Shown piece by piece: positions 53,677 through 63,792 of a stretch of 64,000 nucleotides of DNA; positions within the stretch are counted from its first letter, which is position 1; every line of letters starts with the position of its first letter. The DNA is from Smithella sp. SCADC (GTDB lineage Bacteria; Desulfobacterota; Syntrophia; Syntrophales; Smithellaceae): NCBI GenBank assembly GCA_000747625.2, contig JQDQ01000193.1, forward strand, positions 63 through 64,062, written 5' to 3'. Both the position numbers and the translations under genes were made by a program. The notes beneath the pieces were generated by a model. The model had not been told where the DNA came from, ran no database searches, and worked only from the letters and a program-made list of their open reading frames with translations.

Positions 53677-55071
53677 TTAGCCTTTCAAAGCAGCAGGCAA
53701 CTCTATTTGCACATCTATCGGACGAACATATTTTTTATTGACGTCCTGCGTCGAATTCACTTTGAGCTTTTCAAATAAGAAAGAGAATTGTTTTTCTAAT
53801 TCGGCGCCCAACTTATTGCGCGTTTCCGCCGGAAGATTCCACATGTCCAGTTTGAACGGACCGAATCCTTTTTTACGCGTCTTATAAATAAATTGTTCCT
53901 CGGTATCTTTTTCCTTCCATTCGTCCTTCATTTCTTTTTTTATGTATTCATAAAGTTTTTCTCTTAAATCCCCGGGGAAATTAGGACTGTCGTAAATGAT
54001 GTTCTGGAAACCAGTTGCCAGATGAATTTCAGCTGTGCCCATAGCCGGAAAGTTATCAAAGGCTTCATTGGGCAGAGTGGATGCACCGTGCTGGACCGCT
54101 CCGGCAAGGCCGTATTGAGAACGCGCCAGCTCGGATAATTTCTCCAAAACCGCAAAATCAATTTTAACTTTGGCCACGCTGCCGTCCGCCAGAGGAACGC
54201 CTCCATGCGTTGTTCCCGTCTGGACGCTGATTTTACTTATTCCTTTAAGCGATTCACCGCCTTTTTTGAGTTCTTCCAGATACCCTTCCATAAAAGCCTG
54301 GAGCTCTTCGACCGTGCTGTTTTTACCGCCGACCTCGCCGATTTCACCGCCTACGGATACAGTAATTCCTTCAGGCTCTAAATCGCGGATCATAGTGGTC
54401 AGCTCCGCCGCGAGGCTGTAGTTTGTCTTTTGCTGCTCTTTGGTGGTTGCTTTTGCCAGATCCACCAGAGTGGAAGTGTCTATATCAATATTGTAAAATC
54501 CGGCTTCAATCGCTTCCCAAATTAAGTTTTTTACCGCCTGCGTTTCTTTAGCGGCATCGGCGGCAAATTTCCTGGCATTAATTTGAAAATGATCTCCCTG
54601 GAGAAAGATCGGGCCGTGATATCCGGTTTTGATTGCGGCAGCGGTTACAGCGCAAGTATATTCAAGAGGTTTTTGTGCCGTATAACCTATTTCGGAACGG
54701 GCAATCTCGAAAATAACCGGACCTGCCTGCCCTTTTATTATTGCGCGAAAAACAGCCTGAGCCGTATCGTACGTTATTCCCCGAATGTTAATCGCCGGAA
54801 CTGTGAAGCCTTTCAGTTCTCCTCGTCCCATTGCCTCATAAACAGATTGAATCGAAGCAGAAATAATTCCCAAAGCCGCGCCCGCGCGCCGGATCAGCCA
54901 GCGAGAAGCCTCCTGAGTCGCCTGATCGGGACTGAATACCGCTGTGTAAATCAAATCATCAATGAGTTCACTTTGAAGTCTATTTTCATCCAGAATGCGG
55001 ACATCATTGCCATCCAGTTCGATTATCTTAGCACACCCATTTTGTAACTGATTCTTGTCTTGGTAAATCAT
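53677..55071 (-). CDS. fba: class II fructose-bisphosphate aldolase (long form)
   Basis: FTVPAINIRG, LQGDHFQ, NIDIDTS, and VQTGTTHGG...AVQHGASTLP are the metal and substrate motifs of class II aldolases. It lies adjacent to fbp. Confidence 0.7.
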   Translation of the reverse strand: MIYQDKNQLQNGCAKIIELDGNDVRILDENRLQSELIDDLIYTAVFSPDQATQEASRWLIRRAGAALGIISASIQSVYEAMGRGELKGFTVPAINIRGITYDTAQAVFRAIIKGQAGPVIFEIARSEIGYTAQKPLEYTCAVTAAAIKTGYHGPIFLQGDHFQINARKFAADAAKETQAVKNLIWEAIEAGFYNIDIDTSTLVDLAKATTKEQQKTNYSLAAELTTMIRDLEPEGITVSVGGEIGEVGGKNSTVEELQAFMEGYLEELKKGGESLKGISKISVQTGTTHGGVPLADGSVAKVKIDFAVLEKLSELARSQYGLAGAVQHGASTLPNEAFDNFPAMGTAEIHLATGFQNIIYDSPNFPGDLREKLYEYIKKEMKDEWKEKDTEEQFIYKTRKKGFGPFKLDMWNLPAETRNKLGAELEKQFSFLFEKLKVNSTQDVNKKYVRPIDVQIELPAALKG

Positions 55072-55092
55072 AAATACTCCTTATAATGTGTA

Positions 55093-56031
55093 TTATGCTG
55101 ATAATATTTTTTTCGCCATTTGTACTTCCGTCACACTGCCGATGTAAATCGGCGAGAGCTGATTAACATTTTCCACTTTTAAAGATAAAATGTCTTGATT
55201 ACCGTCTGTCGCCAGACCTCCGGCTTGTTCCATAATAAAAGCCATGGGCTGTAATTCAAACAACAAGCGTAATTTCCCCTGTGGAGATTTTTTTAGAGCG
55301 GGATAAGTAAATATGCCGCCTTTTTTTATCAGGATTTGATTAATGTCGGGAACAAAACCACCACTGTAACGTAATTTGTAACCATCCTTTTCCAATTGTT
55401 CGACAAACTTAAGATGCTCCGGTATCCAATCACGGCGCAGTCCACCCGGTGAAAAAATTGAGCCCTTCTCCTTCAGCCTGATATTCTCCTGAGACAAAAC
55501 ATACTCGCCTTCACGATCGAGAACAAATTCATGCGCACCCTGCCCTGCCGAATAGATCATCGTAATCAGCGGACCATAAGTAATATAAAGCGCGGCTACC
55601 ATTGTTCTTCTGCCGGAATCCAGTATGGACTCTTTATGAATGCCGATAATTGTTCCGATAGCCAGATTGGTATCGACGAGCGATGAACCATCAAGCGGAT
55701 CGGCCGTTACAATGTACTTTTCTTTGCCGGTGCCGATCTTAATTATATCTTCCAATTCTTCCGAGGCGTATTCCCGCACGAACCCGGAAAATTTTAACTG
55801 ACTTTTTAATATGTCATCGGAAATACGGTCCAGCGCCAGTTGCTCGTCACCATAAACATTCTTGAATCCGGCAAGTTTTCTGTTGGACTCATGAATCTTT
55901 GCGGAAATATATTTACCAACAACGGCAATTTGCCAAATAAGACGCCGCAACTCCACTTCCACACCTTCTATCCACATGTGCCGTCTTAAATCAACGAAGT
56001 TTTTAGTATAATCACTATTTTCTTCTCCCAT
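55093..56031 (-). CDS. fbp: class 1 fructose-1,6-bisphosphatase
   Basis: GDEQLALD, DPLDGSS, YGP..., GGIF.YP and KLRLLFE..PMAFI.EQAGG motifs are present. Confidence 0.88.
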   Translation of the reverse strand: MGEENSDYTKNFVDLRRHMWIEGVEVELRRLIWQIAVVGKYISAKIHESNRKLAGFKNVYGDEQLALDRISDDILKSQLKFSGFVREYASEELEDIIKIGTGKEKYIVTADPLDGSSLVDTNLAIGTIIGIHKESILDSGRRTMVAALYITYGPLITMIYSAGQGAHEFVLDREGEYVLSQENIRLKEKGSIFSPGGLRRDWIPEHLKFVEQLEKDGYKLRYSGGFVPDINQILIKKGGIFTYPALKKSPQGKLRLLFELQPMAFIMEQAGGLATDGNQDILSLKVENVNQLSPIYIGSVTEVQMAKKILSA

Positions 56032-56278
56032 TTTATCCTCCTTTTTTGCAGAAATATTTATGAGTTACGGCTGCCATTCCTGCATAAGTAAATATAGCAA
56101 AAACAATTTCTGTTCTTTGTTTTGCCCTGTATTATAAATCGAGCAAAATGTGCTTATTTATTAACCAATATTCATGATCATTACAAGCAATTTCTTGCCA
56201 ACATACTGCATGGTTTCCAAACAAATACTATCCGTTTTTTTGGTCAAAATTAAATAGACTCATCCTCGATATTTTCTT

Positions 56279-58093
56279 TTATTGTGTTTCCTTTGGCAGC
56301 TTTTCGCTCACAAATCCTGATATTTCATCGAGAAACAGTTGACCATAACTGGCAAATTTTTGCTGGCCCACACCACTCACTTCCAGCATTGATATCTTAT
56401 CCGTTGGCATTGTTTCAGTCATTGCTTGCAGGGTTTTATCGCTGAAGACAATGTAGGCAGGAATGTTATTCTGGCCGGCAATGGTTTTGCGTAGTTGTTT
56501 GAGACGATCGAACAGCGCTTGATCAGCCAATACTGCCTTAGCAGGCTCTTTCGGTAAAGCCAGTTCTTCGCGGCTTTTGTATGGTCTGAATTGTACCAGC
56601 ATGACGTTGATCTTGTTTTTCAGAACCAAATGACTTAAGGCATTCAACTTGAATGTATATCCCTCATCATAAGCAATATCAACATACCCTAAATTGAGTA
56701 TCTGAAAAATATAATCCGACCATTCCTCGGCTCTTATGTCTCTTCCTGCACCCCAGGTTTTAATTTTGTCGTATCCTTTTTCCATGACCTGCCGGTTATG
56801 TGAACCTCGTAAAATATCAATCAGCAGAGTGGAATTTATTTGTTCCCCGGTGCGCGCAATTGCGGATAGCGCTTTTTGCGCAATGATGGTCCCATCGAAT
56901 TTCTGCGGCGGATTTTTGCAAACATCACAATTGCCGCAATCCTTGGTAATTGTTTCATTGAAATAGCTTAACAAAATTCGTCTGCGGCAGCTTTCCGCTT
57001 CAGCATATTGCTTCATCCTTTTGAGTTTTGCATCCAGTAATTCACGGCGTTCCGGCGTGGCCTCGTTTAACATTTCGGTTTGAGCCATGACATCGGCGTA
57101 GCTGTAAAAAAGTATGGTATCGGCAGGCAAACCGTCACGTCCACAGCGGCCGATTTCCTGATAAAAGCTCTCAATGTTTTTAGGCATATTGTAATGAATT
57201 ACCCAGCGGACATTTGATTTGTCGATTCCCATGCCGAAAGCCACCGTCGCGCAAATAATTTGAATTTCATCGCGGATAAATTCATTTTGAGTCCGGCTGC
57301 GCGAAACATTATCCATCCCGGCATGATAATGCTTTGCCTTGTAACCCAATTTGCTTAAATTCCCGGCAACGCTTTCCGTGCTTTTACGGCTGAGGCAATA
57401 AATAATTCCCGGCTGTCGGCGATGAAGTTTGAGAAAATCGGTTATCTGGCGCATGCGCTTCAATCCCGGCCGCACAGTAAGGCTTAAGTTTGGTCTGTCG
57501 AATGACGCCACAAAGGTTTTGGTTTCCGGTATGCGCAATTGAGATAAAATATCGCGGCGAATTACACGGTCGGCTGTCGCTGTTAGCGCGATGAGCGGAA
57601 CGTTTGGATACCGCTCCTTCAAGATATTTAATCGCTTATATTCAGGACGGAAATCATGTCCCCAGAATGAAATACAATGCGCTTCATCTACGGCAAACAT
57701 TGATACTTTTAAGCTGCCCAGCAATCCGGCAAACCCTGCCGAGCTTAAACGTTCCGGTGAAACATATAATAATTTTAAGGTTCCTTTTAAACTTCGTTCA
57801 ATAATAATCTTTTCTTCTTGGGGGGATAAGGAACTATTGAGAAATTCTGCCGCGATTCCGTTTGCTTTGAGCGCCTCTACCTGATCTTTCATCAATGAGA
57901 TTAAAGGCGAAATTACTATCGTGACACCGTCAAACATTAACGCCGGAATCTGAAAACAAACTGATTTTCCTCCACCCGTGGGCATTAAAACCAGTGCATC
58001 GTTGAGCGCAAGCACATGGTCTATAATCTCCGCCTGTAAGGGGAAAAACGAATCGTAACCGAAATATTTTTTTAATAGTTGTTTTTTAATCAT
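56279..58093 (-). CDS. recQ: ATP-dependent DNA helicase RecQ
   Basis: I take the ATG at 58093 (MIKKQLLKKYFGYDSFFPLQAEII) as the start. It has MPTGGGKS, the DEAHC box, the RecQ-Ct zinc cluster CRR...C.NCD.C, and a C-terminal HRDC domain. The track ORF to 58282 is an upstream extension. Confidence 0.92.
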   Translation of the reverse strand: MIKKQLLKKYFGYDSFFPLQAEIIDHVLALNDALVLMPTGGGKSVCFQIPALMFDGVTIVISPLISLMKDQVEALKANGIAAEFLNSSLSPQEEKIIIERSLKGTLKLLYVSPERLSSAGFAGLLGSLKVSMFAVDEAHCISFWGHDFRPEYKRLNILKERYPNVPLIALTATADRVIRRDILSQLRIPETKTFVASFDRPNLSLTVRPGLKRMRQITDFLKLHRRQPGIIYCLSRKSTESVAGNLSKLGYKAKHYHAGMDNVSRSRTQNEFIRDEIQIICATVAFGMGIDKSNVRWVIHYNMPKNIESFYQEIGRCGRDGLPADTILFYSYADVMAQTEMLNEATPERRELLDAKLKRMKQYAEAESCRRRILLSYFNETITKDCGNCDVCKNPPQKFDGTIIAQKALSAIARTGEQINSTLLIDILRGSHNRQVMEKGYDKIKTWGAGRDIRAEEWSDYIFQILNLGYVDIAYDEGYTFKLNALSHLVLKNKINVMLVQFRPYKSREELALPKEPAKAVLADQALFDRLKQLRKTIAGQNNIPAYIVFSDKTLQAMTETMPTDKISMLEVSGVGQQKFASYGQLFLDEISGFVSEKLPKETQ

Positions 58094-58095
58094 GT

Positions 58096-58569
58096 TTATT
58101 CTTCGGCTGGCTCTATCACCCGCGCAACCTCGCCACCACATTGTTTGCATGTACCCCGTAATACAAGAGACCGTCCTGACATTGTTCCCTCCAGAAGCTG
58201 CATGGATGTGCCGGTTCGGCAGCGTGTGCACCAAACGGCATCTATAATGTCTTTTCTTACCCTTTCCGGAACTTGATTCCATCGCTTCTTTGCAGCATCG
58301 GTAAACTTAGGCAACGGGATTGTCTTTGTTTCTTTCGTGAAATACCTTTCAAAAAGCTCTTTGGACTTGAGAAAACCTTCCTCAGTCATTGCGACCGATT
58401 TTGCTTTGCTCACCGGATTCGATATGTATCCTTTATCGTGAAGCCTGTTCAAGGTTTCCCAGTCGAATCCCTTCCAAGCCCTTGCTCCCAGTCCTTCCTC
58501 TCTTTGATGGACCACAAGGCAGAGAAGTGCAAGTGTAAACTCGTCAATTTTATCTTCATCGTAATTCAT
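58096..58569 (-). CDS. DUF6429-like protein with C-terminal CxxC...CxxC zinc ribbon
   Basis: The N-terminal LALLCLVVH...ARAWKGFDWETLNRLHDKGYISNPVSKAKSVAMTEEG matches my recollection of DUF6429. The C-terminal part reads WCTRC...CKQCGG. Its stop is 2 nt before the recQ ATG. Confidence 0.5.
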   Translation of the reverse strand: MNYDEDKIDEFTLALLCLVVHQREEGLGARAWKGFDWETLNRLHDKGYISNPVSKAKSVAMTEEGFLKSKELFERYFTKETKTIPLPKFTDAAKKRWNQVPERVRKDIIDAVWCTRCRTGTSMQLLEGTMSGRSLVLRGTCKQCGGEVARVIEPAEE

Positions 58570-58599
58570 TCTTTCATTCTCCTTCCAACATACTTGTCA

Positions 58600-59160
58600 T
58601 CAGTCTTCGAGCTCCGCCTCCAATTGCGCGACGACATCTCCGACGAAATCGTGAAATCCCCAACCGATGCCGTCGGACATCTGTTCCAATCTCGCCAACC
58701 TGTCGCGAAACTCTGGATATATCTCCCGTGCCTTGCCACACAACAATTCAACCAATTCCTCCAGCACCGACTCCACGCTATTGTAGAACCGCTCGTCAAT
58801 GTCACCATATTCGTGGGTAAATTGCGTGCCGTTTTCCACATAGGTCATCAGCAATTCCGCCGTGCCGCGAATGTTGCCCGTGGCCTTGCGGTAATCGCGG
58901 ATGACCTTGCGCGCCTCTCCCAATTTCAGTTTTCCATCACCTCGTGCGGGAAAGAACTGTTCCACTATCTTGCTTCGATACTTTTCCAGAGCCTCGCCAC
59001 CGCCTTCACCAGCCTGACCGCGGGCATTGACAAAGTCGCGGTTCTCAGCAGTCACTTCATAAAGGTCTTTCAACAGGGCGAGCAGCGCAGGCTTGTCCCA
59101 GTTAGTGAGTTGTTGCCTGACGGTGCTCCAGCCACCTGATTTTTTGTTTACTTTTGTCAT
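58600..59160 (-). CDS. hypothetical protein, DUF6155-like
   Basis: The pattern L..W.K..L..LL.DLY......R.F........KI...FFP..G..KL....A...I..Y.......G..ELL...VE.G..FT..YGDIDE.FY.S resembles DUF6155 as I remember it. The 4-nt overlap (ATGA) with the upstream wHTH gene suggests translational coupling. Confidence 0.4.
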   Translation of the reverse strand: MTKVNKKSGGWSTVRQQLTNWDKPALLALLKDLYEVTAENRDFVNARGQAGEGGGEALEKYRSKIVEQFFPARGDGKLKLGEARKVIRDYRKATGNIRGTAELLMTYVENGTQFTHEYGDIDERFYNSVESVLEELVELLCGKAREIYPEFRDRLARLEQMSDGIGWGFHDFVGDVVAQLEAELED

Positions 59161-59423
59161 GGTCTAAATCTCCTGAGTTGTACCGGTTTCAAGTTGGGCA
59201 ATGATTCGGGTGAAACGATCAGCGTGATGCTGCGTGCCTGTCCGGGCACGCGCCGAATGAAGCCCCGTCTCTCCAGCGTGAGTACCATTGAATGCACGCT
59301 CGGCGGCGTGATCTGAAAAAACCGCTGCATATCTGCTTCAGCCGGAGCACGACCGTTCAAGATACTGTATTGATGTATATAGGCCAGGAATTGACCTTGT
59401 CGTTCGGTGTATGTTGGTTTCAT
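59157..59423 (-). CDS. small winged-helix DNA-binding protein (LexA N-terminal domain-like)
   Basis: TERQGQFLAYIHQY..LNGRAPAEADMQRFF.ITPPSVH.MV.TLERRGFIRR resembles the LexA_DNA_bind/MarR-type wHTH. It is the first gene of the cassette. Confidence 0.55.
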   Translation of the reverse strand: MKPTYTERQGQFLAYIHQYSILNGRAPAEADMQRFFQITPPSVHSMVLTLERRGFIRRVPGQARSITLIVSPESLPNLKPVQLRRFRP

Positions 59424-59504
59424 AAATAAATATTTTTTACTGGTCAGCGGTCATTGTCAAAGGACACTACTCTTTTTCATTTTTTGTATTCTCTTCTATG
59501 TTGG

Positions 59505-59531
59505 CTGGTTCAAGCTTGCAGATTGAACCAG
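59505..59531. promoter_or_regulatory. palindrome 1 upstream of the wHTH cassette (GGTTCAA half-sites)
   Basis: ctggttcaa (59505-59513), a 9-nt spacer, then ttgaaccag (59523-59531). The arms are perfect 9-nt inverted repeats. Confidence 0.5.
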
Positions 59532-59557
59532 CAAGTTTATATCAAGATCAAATAAAA

Positions 59558-59580
59558 GGTTCAATCAAAATGATTGAACC
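59558..59580. promoter_or_regulatory. palindrome 2 upstream of the wHTH cassette (same half-site)
   Basis: ggttcaatca-aaa-tgattgaacc has perfect 10-nt arms and shares the GGTTCAA/TTGAACC core with palindrome 1. Confidence 0.5.
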
Positions 59581-59776
59581 AACAGAAAGAAATCGGCAAA
59601 ACGCAGGCAATTAGCTCTTCTGAAGCATGGTTTCGATTTGGGAACCAAGGGACATATGAAAGCAACAAGGGAAACTCTGCATGAAAGAAAATGCTGACTG
59701 AAGATTTAAACAACGGTCAGATCATAGAAGGTGTCTTGATTAAAAATCCTTTTGCGGCATAAAATAATTACTTTAG

Positions 59777-62434
59777 TCAATCCGATATTTTGTTTTTCAG
59801 TTCGTTTAATTTATTGAGCGCTTCCAGCGGCGACATGGAATGAATATCAAGAGTTTTAAGTTCAGTAACAATTTCTTCATTTTTATTTTCCCGGGCGATC
59901 GCGCTTTCTTTTCTCGCGAAAAGATTCATTTGAGGACTTGCATTTTGTCCGTTGCGGGTTCCCCGGACTATGCGGGGCATGCCAATCTCGTCAAATTCTC
60001 CCTTTTCCAGATTGCGCAATATTTCTTTGGCGCGGGCAATCACCTCTTTGGGCACACCGGCAATGCGCGCCACTTCGATGCCATAACTGCGGCTGGTTCC
60101 GCCTTCCATGATCTTGCGCAGAAAAATTATTTTTTCTCCCCACTCCTTGACCGCGATATTATAATTTTTTGCCCCGGATTTTGTTACCGCCAGATCCGTC
60201 AGTTGATGATAATGAGTGGCAAACAGCGCGCGGACGCCTTTACCCTGAAAATCATGTATGTATTCGGCAACCGCCCAGGCAATGCTCAATCCGTCAAAAG
60301 TGGAAGTGCCCCGCCCCACTTCATCAATTATAACCAGAGAGCGTGATGTCGCGTTTTTTAAAATTTCGGCTGTCTCCGTCATCTCCACCATGAATGTGCT
60401 CTGGCCTTTAATCAGACTGTCGGAAGCGCCAATGCGGGTAAATATTTTATCAACAATACCTATTTTAGCCTTGGCCGCCGGCACGAAACTTCCCATTTGT
60501 GCCAGAAGAACGATCAAAGCCACCTGCCGGATGTAAGTGGATTTGCCCGCCATGTTCGGGCCGGTAATAACAAGCAGTTTATTGTTTTGTAAATCCATCA
60601 AACAATCGTTCGGCACAAAACCTTCTTTGGTCAATGCCGTCTCCACGACAGGATGGCGTCCATCTTTTATATCGATGGTATCATCGTCATTAATTTCCGG
60701 ACAAGTGTAATGATGTTTTTCGGCAACTTCGGACAGAGCGGACAAAGCGTCAAGCTCGGCAACAAGAAATGAATTGTTTTGAATGCCGGCGATATACCGG
60801 TCAAGACTATCGCGCAGGGCAATAAAAAGTTCCTGTTCTTTTTCCCTTATTTTTTCTTCCGCATTAAGAACAGTTTGCTCAAATTCCTTCAATTCCTGAT
60901 TGATATAACGCTCGGCGTTAACCAGCGTCTGTTTTCTGATGTAGGAATCCGGAACCAGTGTGGCATTGGCTTTGGTCACTTCGATGTAGTAGCCGAAAAC
61001 GTTATTGAAACCGATCTTCAGAGAGTTGATTCCGGTTTTTTTACGCTCATCTGCTTCCAGAGAAGCTATCCATTTTTTACCGTCGCGGCTGATAAATCTC
61101 AATTTGTCCAGTTCTTCATCATAACCGATAGCAATGAAACCGCCATCCTGTGTTTTTTGCGGCGGATCGTTAATAATCGCCCGCGAAATCAACTCAACGA
61201 CTGCGGACATTTCCGTAAACCGGGAACAGATCGCAGCAATCGCCGGAGAGGTGCAATCCGCAAGCATTGCTTTGAGTTCAGGTATCGCCATCAGAGAAAC
61301 TTTCAATGCGACCAAATCGCGGGGATTAGCCACCCTCAAAGACACCCGCCCGGCCAGTCTTTCCATGTCATAAATGCGTGATAATATTTTACGCAGATTT
61401 GCCCGCAGGCTGTGATCGTCCTTGAGTTCGGCAGCGGCAGCCAACCTTGTTTTGATTCTTTCCGCATCCACCAGCGGATAATTCATCCACCAGCGCAGGC
61501 GGCGGGTTCCCATCGGCGTCAGCGTTTCATTAAAAAGTGAAAAAAGAGAGCCTGCTTTAGAATTGTCCTGAATTGTCGCGAACAGCTCAAGATTACGGCG
61601 GGCGGTATCATCCAGCAGGAGAAAATTTTCCGTAGAGTACCATTTGATTTCGCTTATATGCTGAGGATTGATTTTTTGCGTCTGATTGACGTAGCTTAAA
61701 ATAGCGCCGGAGGCCTTCATCGCCGCCGGATATTCTTTTATTCTGGAACTCATCAGAACTTCGGGGGGGAAAATCTGATTCAGAGTATCCTGAACCATCG
61801 CGGTTTGAAAACAATCATCCTCCAGATAATTAATCCGGAGCTCGGGCATTTGCGTCTCCAGCGTTTTTAACAAAATCTTATCAGGGAAATCCCGCGGAAG
61901 AATTAATTCCTTAAAATCCAACCCGGCAATAGCGGTGAAGAAAAATTCGCGGCCGGTAAATTCGCTGATTTGGAATTCGCCGGTGGAAATATCCAGAAAA
62001 GCCAGACCCAGCGTATCCTTGTGTGCAAACAAGCAGGCCAGATAATTATTTTCACCCGCAGCAAGATTTTCTTCATCCAGAACAAGTCCGGGAGTGATAA
62101 CCCGGATTACTTCTCTTTTAACAATTCCCTTTGCTTTTTTCGGGTCTTCAACCTGCTCGCATATCGCCACCTTGAAGCCCTTTTCCACCAGTTTGGTAAT
62201 ATAGGCGGAAGCGGCATGGTAGGGAAAGCCGCAAAGCGGTACGCTGTCTTCTTTGCCTTTATTGCGCGAGGTAAGAGTGATTTCCAGAACAGGCGCAGCA
62301 GTCACCGCGTCTTCAAAAAACATTTCGTAAAAATCACCCATACGATAAAGCAAAATACAATCGGGATGATTTTCCTTGATTTTTACGTACTGCTTCATTG
62401 CCGGAGTTAAATCGATCGTCGCGTCTACCGCCAT
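59777..62434 (-). CDS. mutS: DNA mismatch repair protein MutS
   Basis: It has TPAMKQY..IK, the mismatch-binding GDFYE, Walker [10 protein letters not shown], and DE.GRGTST.DG. Confidence 0.95.
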   Translation of the reverse strand: MAVDATIDLTPAMKQYVKIKENHPDCILLYRMGDFYEMFFEDAVTAAPVLEITLTSRNKGKEDSVPLCGFPYHAASAYITKLVEKGFKVAICEQVEDPKKAKGIVKREVIRVITPGLVLDEENLAAGENNYLACLFAHKDTLGLAFLDISTGEFQISEFTGREFFFTAIAGLDFKELILPRDFPDKILLKTLETQMPELRINYLEDDCFQTAMVQDTLNQIFPPEVLMSSRIKEYPAAMKASGAILSYVNQTQKINPQHISEIKWYSTENFLLLDDTARRNLELFATIQDNSKAGSLFSLFNETLTPMGTRRLRWWMNYPLVDAERIKTRLAAAAELKDDHSLRANLRKILSRIYDMERLAGRVSLRVANPRDLVALKVSLMAIPELKAMLADCTSPAIAAICSRFTEMSAVVELISRAIINDPPQKTQDGGFIAIGYDEELDKLRFISRDGKKWIASLEADERKKTGINSLKIGFNNVFGYYIEVTKANATLVPDSYIRKQTLVNAERYINQELKEFEQTVLNAEEKIREKEQELFIALRDSLDRYIAGIQNNSFLVAELDALSALSEVAEKHHYTCPEINDDDTIDIKDGRHPVVETALTKEGFVPNDCLMDLQNNKLLVITGPNMAGKSTYIRQVALIVLLAQMGSFVPAAKAKIGIVDKIFTRIGASDSLIKGQSTFMVEMTETAEILKNATSRSLVIIDEVGRGTSTFDGLSIAWAVAEYIHDFQGKGVRALFATHYHQLTDLAVTKSGAKNYNIAVKEWGEKIIFLRKIMEGGTSRSYGIEVARIAGVPKEVIARAKEILRNLEKGEFDEIGMPRIVRGTRNGQNASPQMNLFARKESAIARENKNEEIVTELKTLDIHSMSPLEALNKLNELKNKISD

Positions 62435-62835
62435 TTGCCGTCGTCCCCTTTTCTCAGATCAATGAAGTCCGGGTCATCCGGTTTATCTATTTTATGAGTG
62501 ATGATAAAGGAATTGGCCAGCCAATTGACCACACTGATGATCAGTGAACCGAAAAATGCAGCGAAAAAACTGGATACTTCAAATCCCGACACAAAATAAG
62601 CAACCAGTTTCAGCAAAAAAGCGTTGATGAAAAAATAAAACAATCCCAGAGTCAGAATGCTCAAAGGCAGAGTCAGAAGCACTACAACCGGCCTGATAAA
62701 AACATTGATCAGACCCAAAACACAGGCGGCAATGACCGCCGTTGAAAGAGAATCAACTTTGATGCCCGGAATAAATTGCGAAGCAAGCAGAATTGCTACT
62801 GTTATGATTAACCACCTTGTTATTATAACCAACAT
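62425..62835 (-). CDS. phage holin family 4 / YvlD-like small membrane protein
   Basis: It has four predicted TM helices. The N-terminal pattern W.I..VA.L.AS..IPGI.V.S...A..AA.VLGL.N..IRP....LTLP is typical of PF04020 proteins. Confidence 0.6.
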   Translation of the reverse strand: MLVIITRWLIITVAILLASQFIPGIKVDSLSTAVIAACVLGLINVFIRPVVVLLTLPLSILTLGLFYFFINAFLLKLVAYFVSGFEVSSFFAAFFGSLIISVVNWLANSFIITHKIDKPDDPDFIDLRKGDDGKWR

Positions 62836-62877
62836 ATAGCTCCCTTAAATCACTTTTCTCTCTTCTCTCTTCACTAT

Positions 62878-63744
62878 TCACTTTTCCACATTCACAGTTT
62901 TTGCTGATTTAAAGAAAATCCAGGAAACACTGATACCGCTCATAATGGAAGTTTCCCTTTTTACCAAGGGACTGTCTTCAAAAGACGCCCCCTGAAGAAA
63001 ATCAGTGCTGACAAAGGCATTAAAAATGAATTGCTTATAAGACTTACCCAAACCAACGGTGAGCGTTGAGCCGCTGTATCCGCCGCCGGCCGAATACGCG
63101 GGGCGTGCTGCTGTCGCGTAGACCGGTTCCACATTGTAGAAATAAGCATGATAGCCGCTGTCTGCAAACATGGGACCTGCGGATATTCCCAGATTTAATC
63201 CGGTGTCGGGGATTAAATCATCTTTTACAAAATTAATTCGAGGGCTGAACACCCACCCCTCATGACGCACGGAAGAAAAATCCGTGGAAAAAAAAGCTCG
63301 CACCGGCAGGGATAAACTTAATTTAAACTTATCTTCTTTGCTTTCCCAAAGCTTAATTTTCAAAGCCGGCCCTAATTCAAAAGTCGGGTCCAGATCCTCC
63401 ATTCCGGTACGGGCGGAATTATTGGAACTCTTTACCGGCACAGAGCCAAAACCGCTAAAATCCAGCAAAATCCGATCTGTTTTAAAAATCTGTCCGGTAA
63501 TGCGCTGTTCGTCCACTTTTAAAATGTCGCCTCGATAAACGAGATAAGGATACGGCAGCAGGTAAAACCTGTTTTCGTCCGAGCCCCGATAATCAGGCAT
63601 CTGGAGCAGTCCCACTCCCACACCTAGTTCCCATAAAGGCTTGCCTGGGGGCTTATCGAGAGGATTTTCTTCACAAATTGCACTGACGGGCAATAAAAAG
63701 CTCAAAAGCAACAAAGCAATTATTACCCTGTAACAAATGCGCAT
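62878..63744 (-). CDS. mipA: MipA/OmpV family outer-membrane protein
   Basis: It has a signal peptide (start taken at ATG 63744), the PDYRGSDE....LPYPYLVYRGD motif, and a beta-barrel-like alternating pattern. Confidence 0.7.
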   Translation of the reverse strand: MRICYRVIIALLLLSFLLPVSAICEENPLDKPPGKPLWELGVGVGLLQMPDYRGSDENRFYLLPYPYLVYRGDILKVDEQRITGQIFKTDRILLDFSGFGSVPVKSSNNSARTGMEDLDPTFELGPALKIKLWESKEDKFKLSLSLPVRAFFSTDFSSVRHEGWVFSPRINFVKDDLIPDTGLNLGISAGPMFADSGYHAYFYNVEPVYATAARPAYSAGGGYSGSTLTVGLGKSYKQFIFNAFVSTDFLQGASFEDSPLVKRETSIMSGISVSWIFFKSAKTVNVEK

Positions 63745-63792
63745 ATTCTTATCTTCTACCATTGCGTCTTTATTGGGCGTTGACCCTAATTT

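Noticed and set aside
58273-59139. 288-aa plus-strand ORF spanning the GC-rich cassette
   Set aside because: It is antisense to two minus-strand genes that have recognisable domain patterns. Its composition (L/S/F/R-rich, no motifs) is typical of a shadow ORF in GC-richer DNA.
59690-59762. Short ORF MLTEDLNNGQIIEGVLIKNPFAA resembling the C-terminal end of a PIN/VapC-like toxin
   Set aside because: It is only 23 codons, the similarity is impressionistic, and no upstream homologous sequence or antitoxin partner is present.
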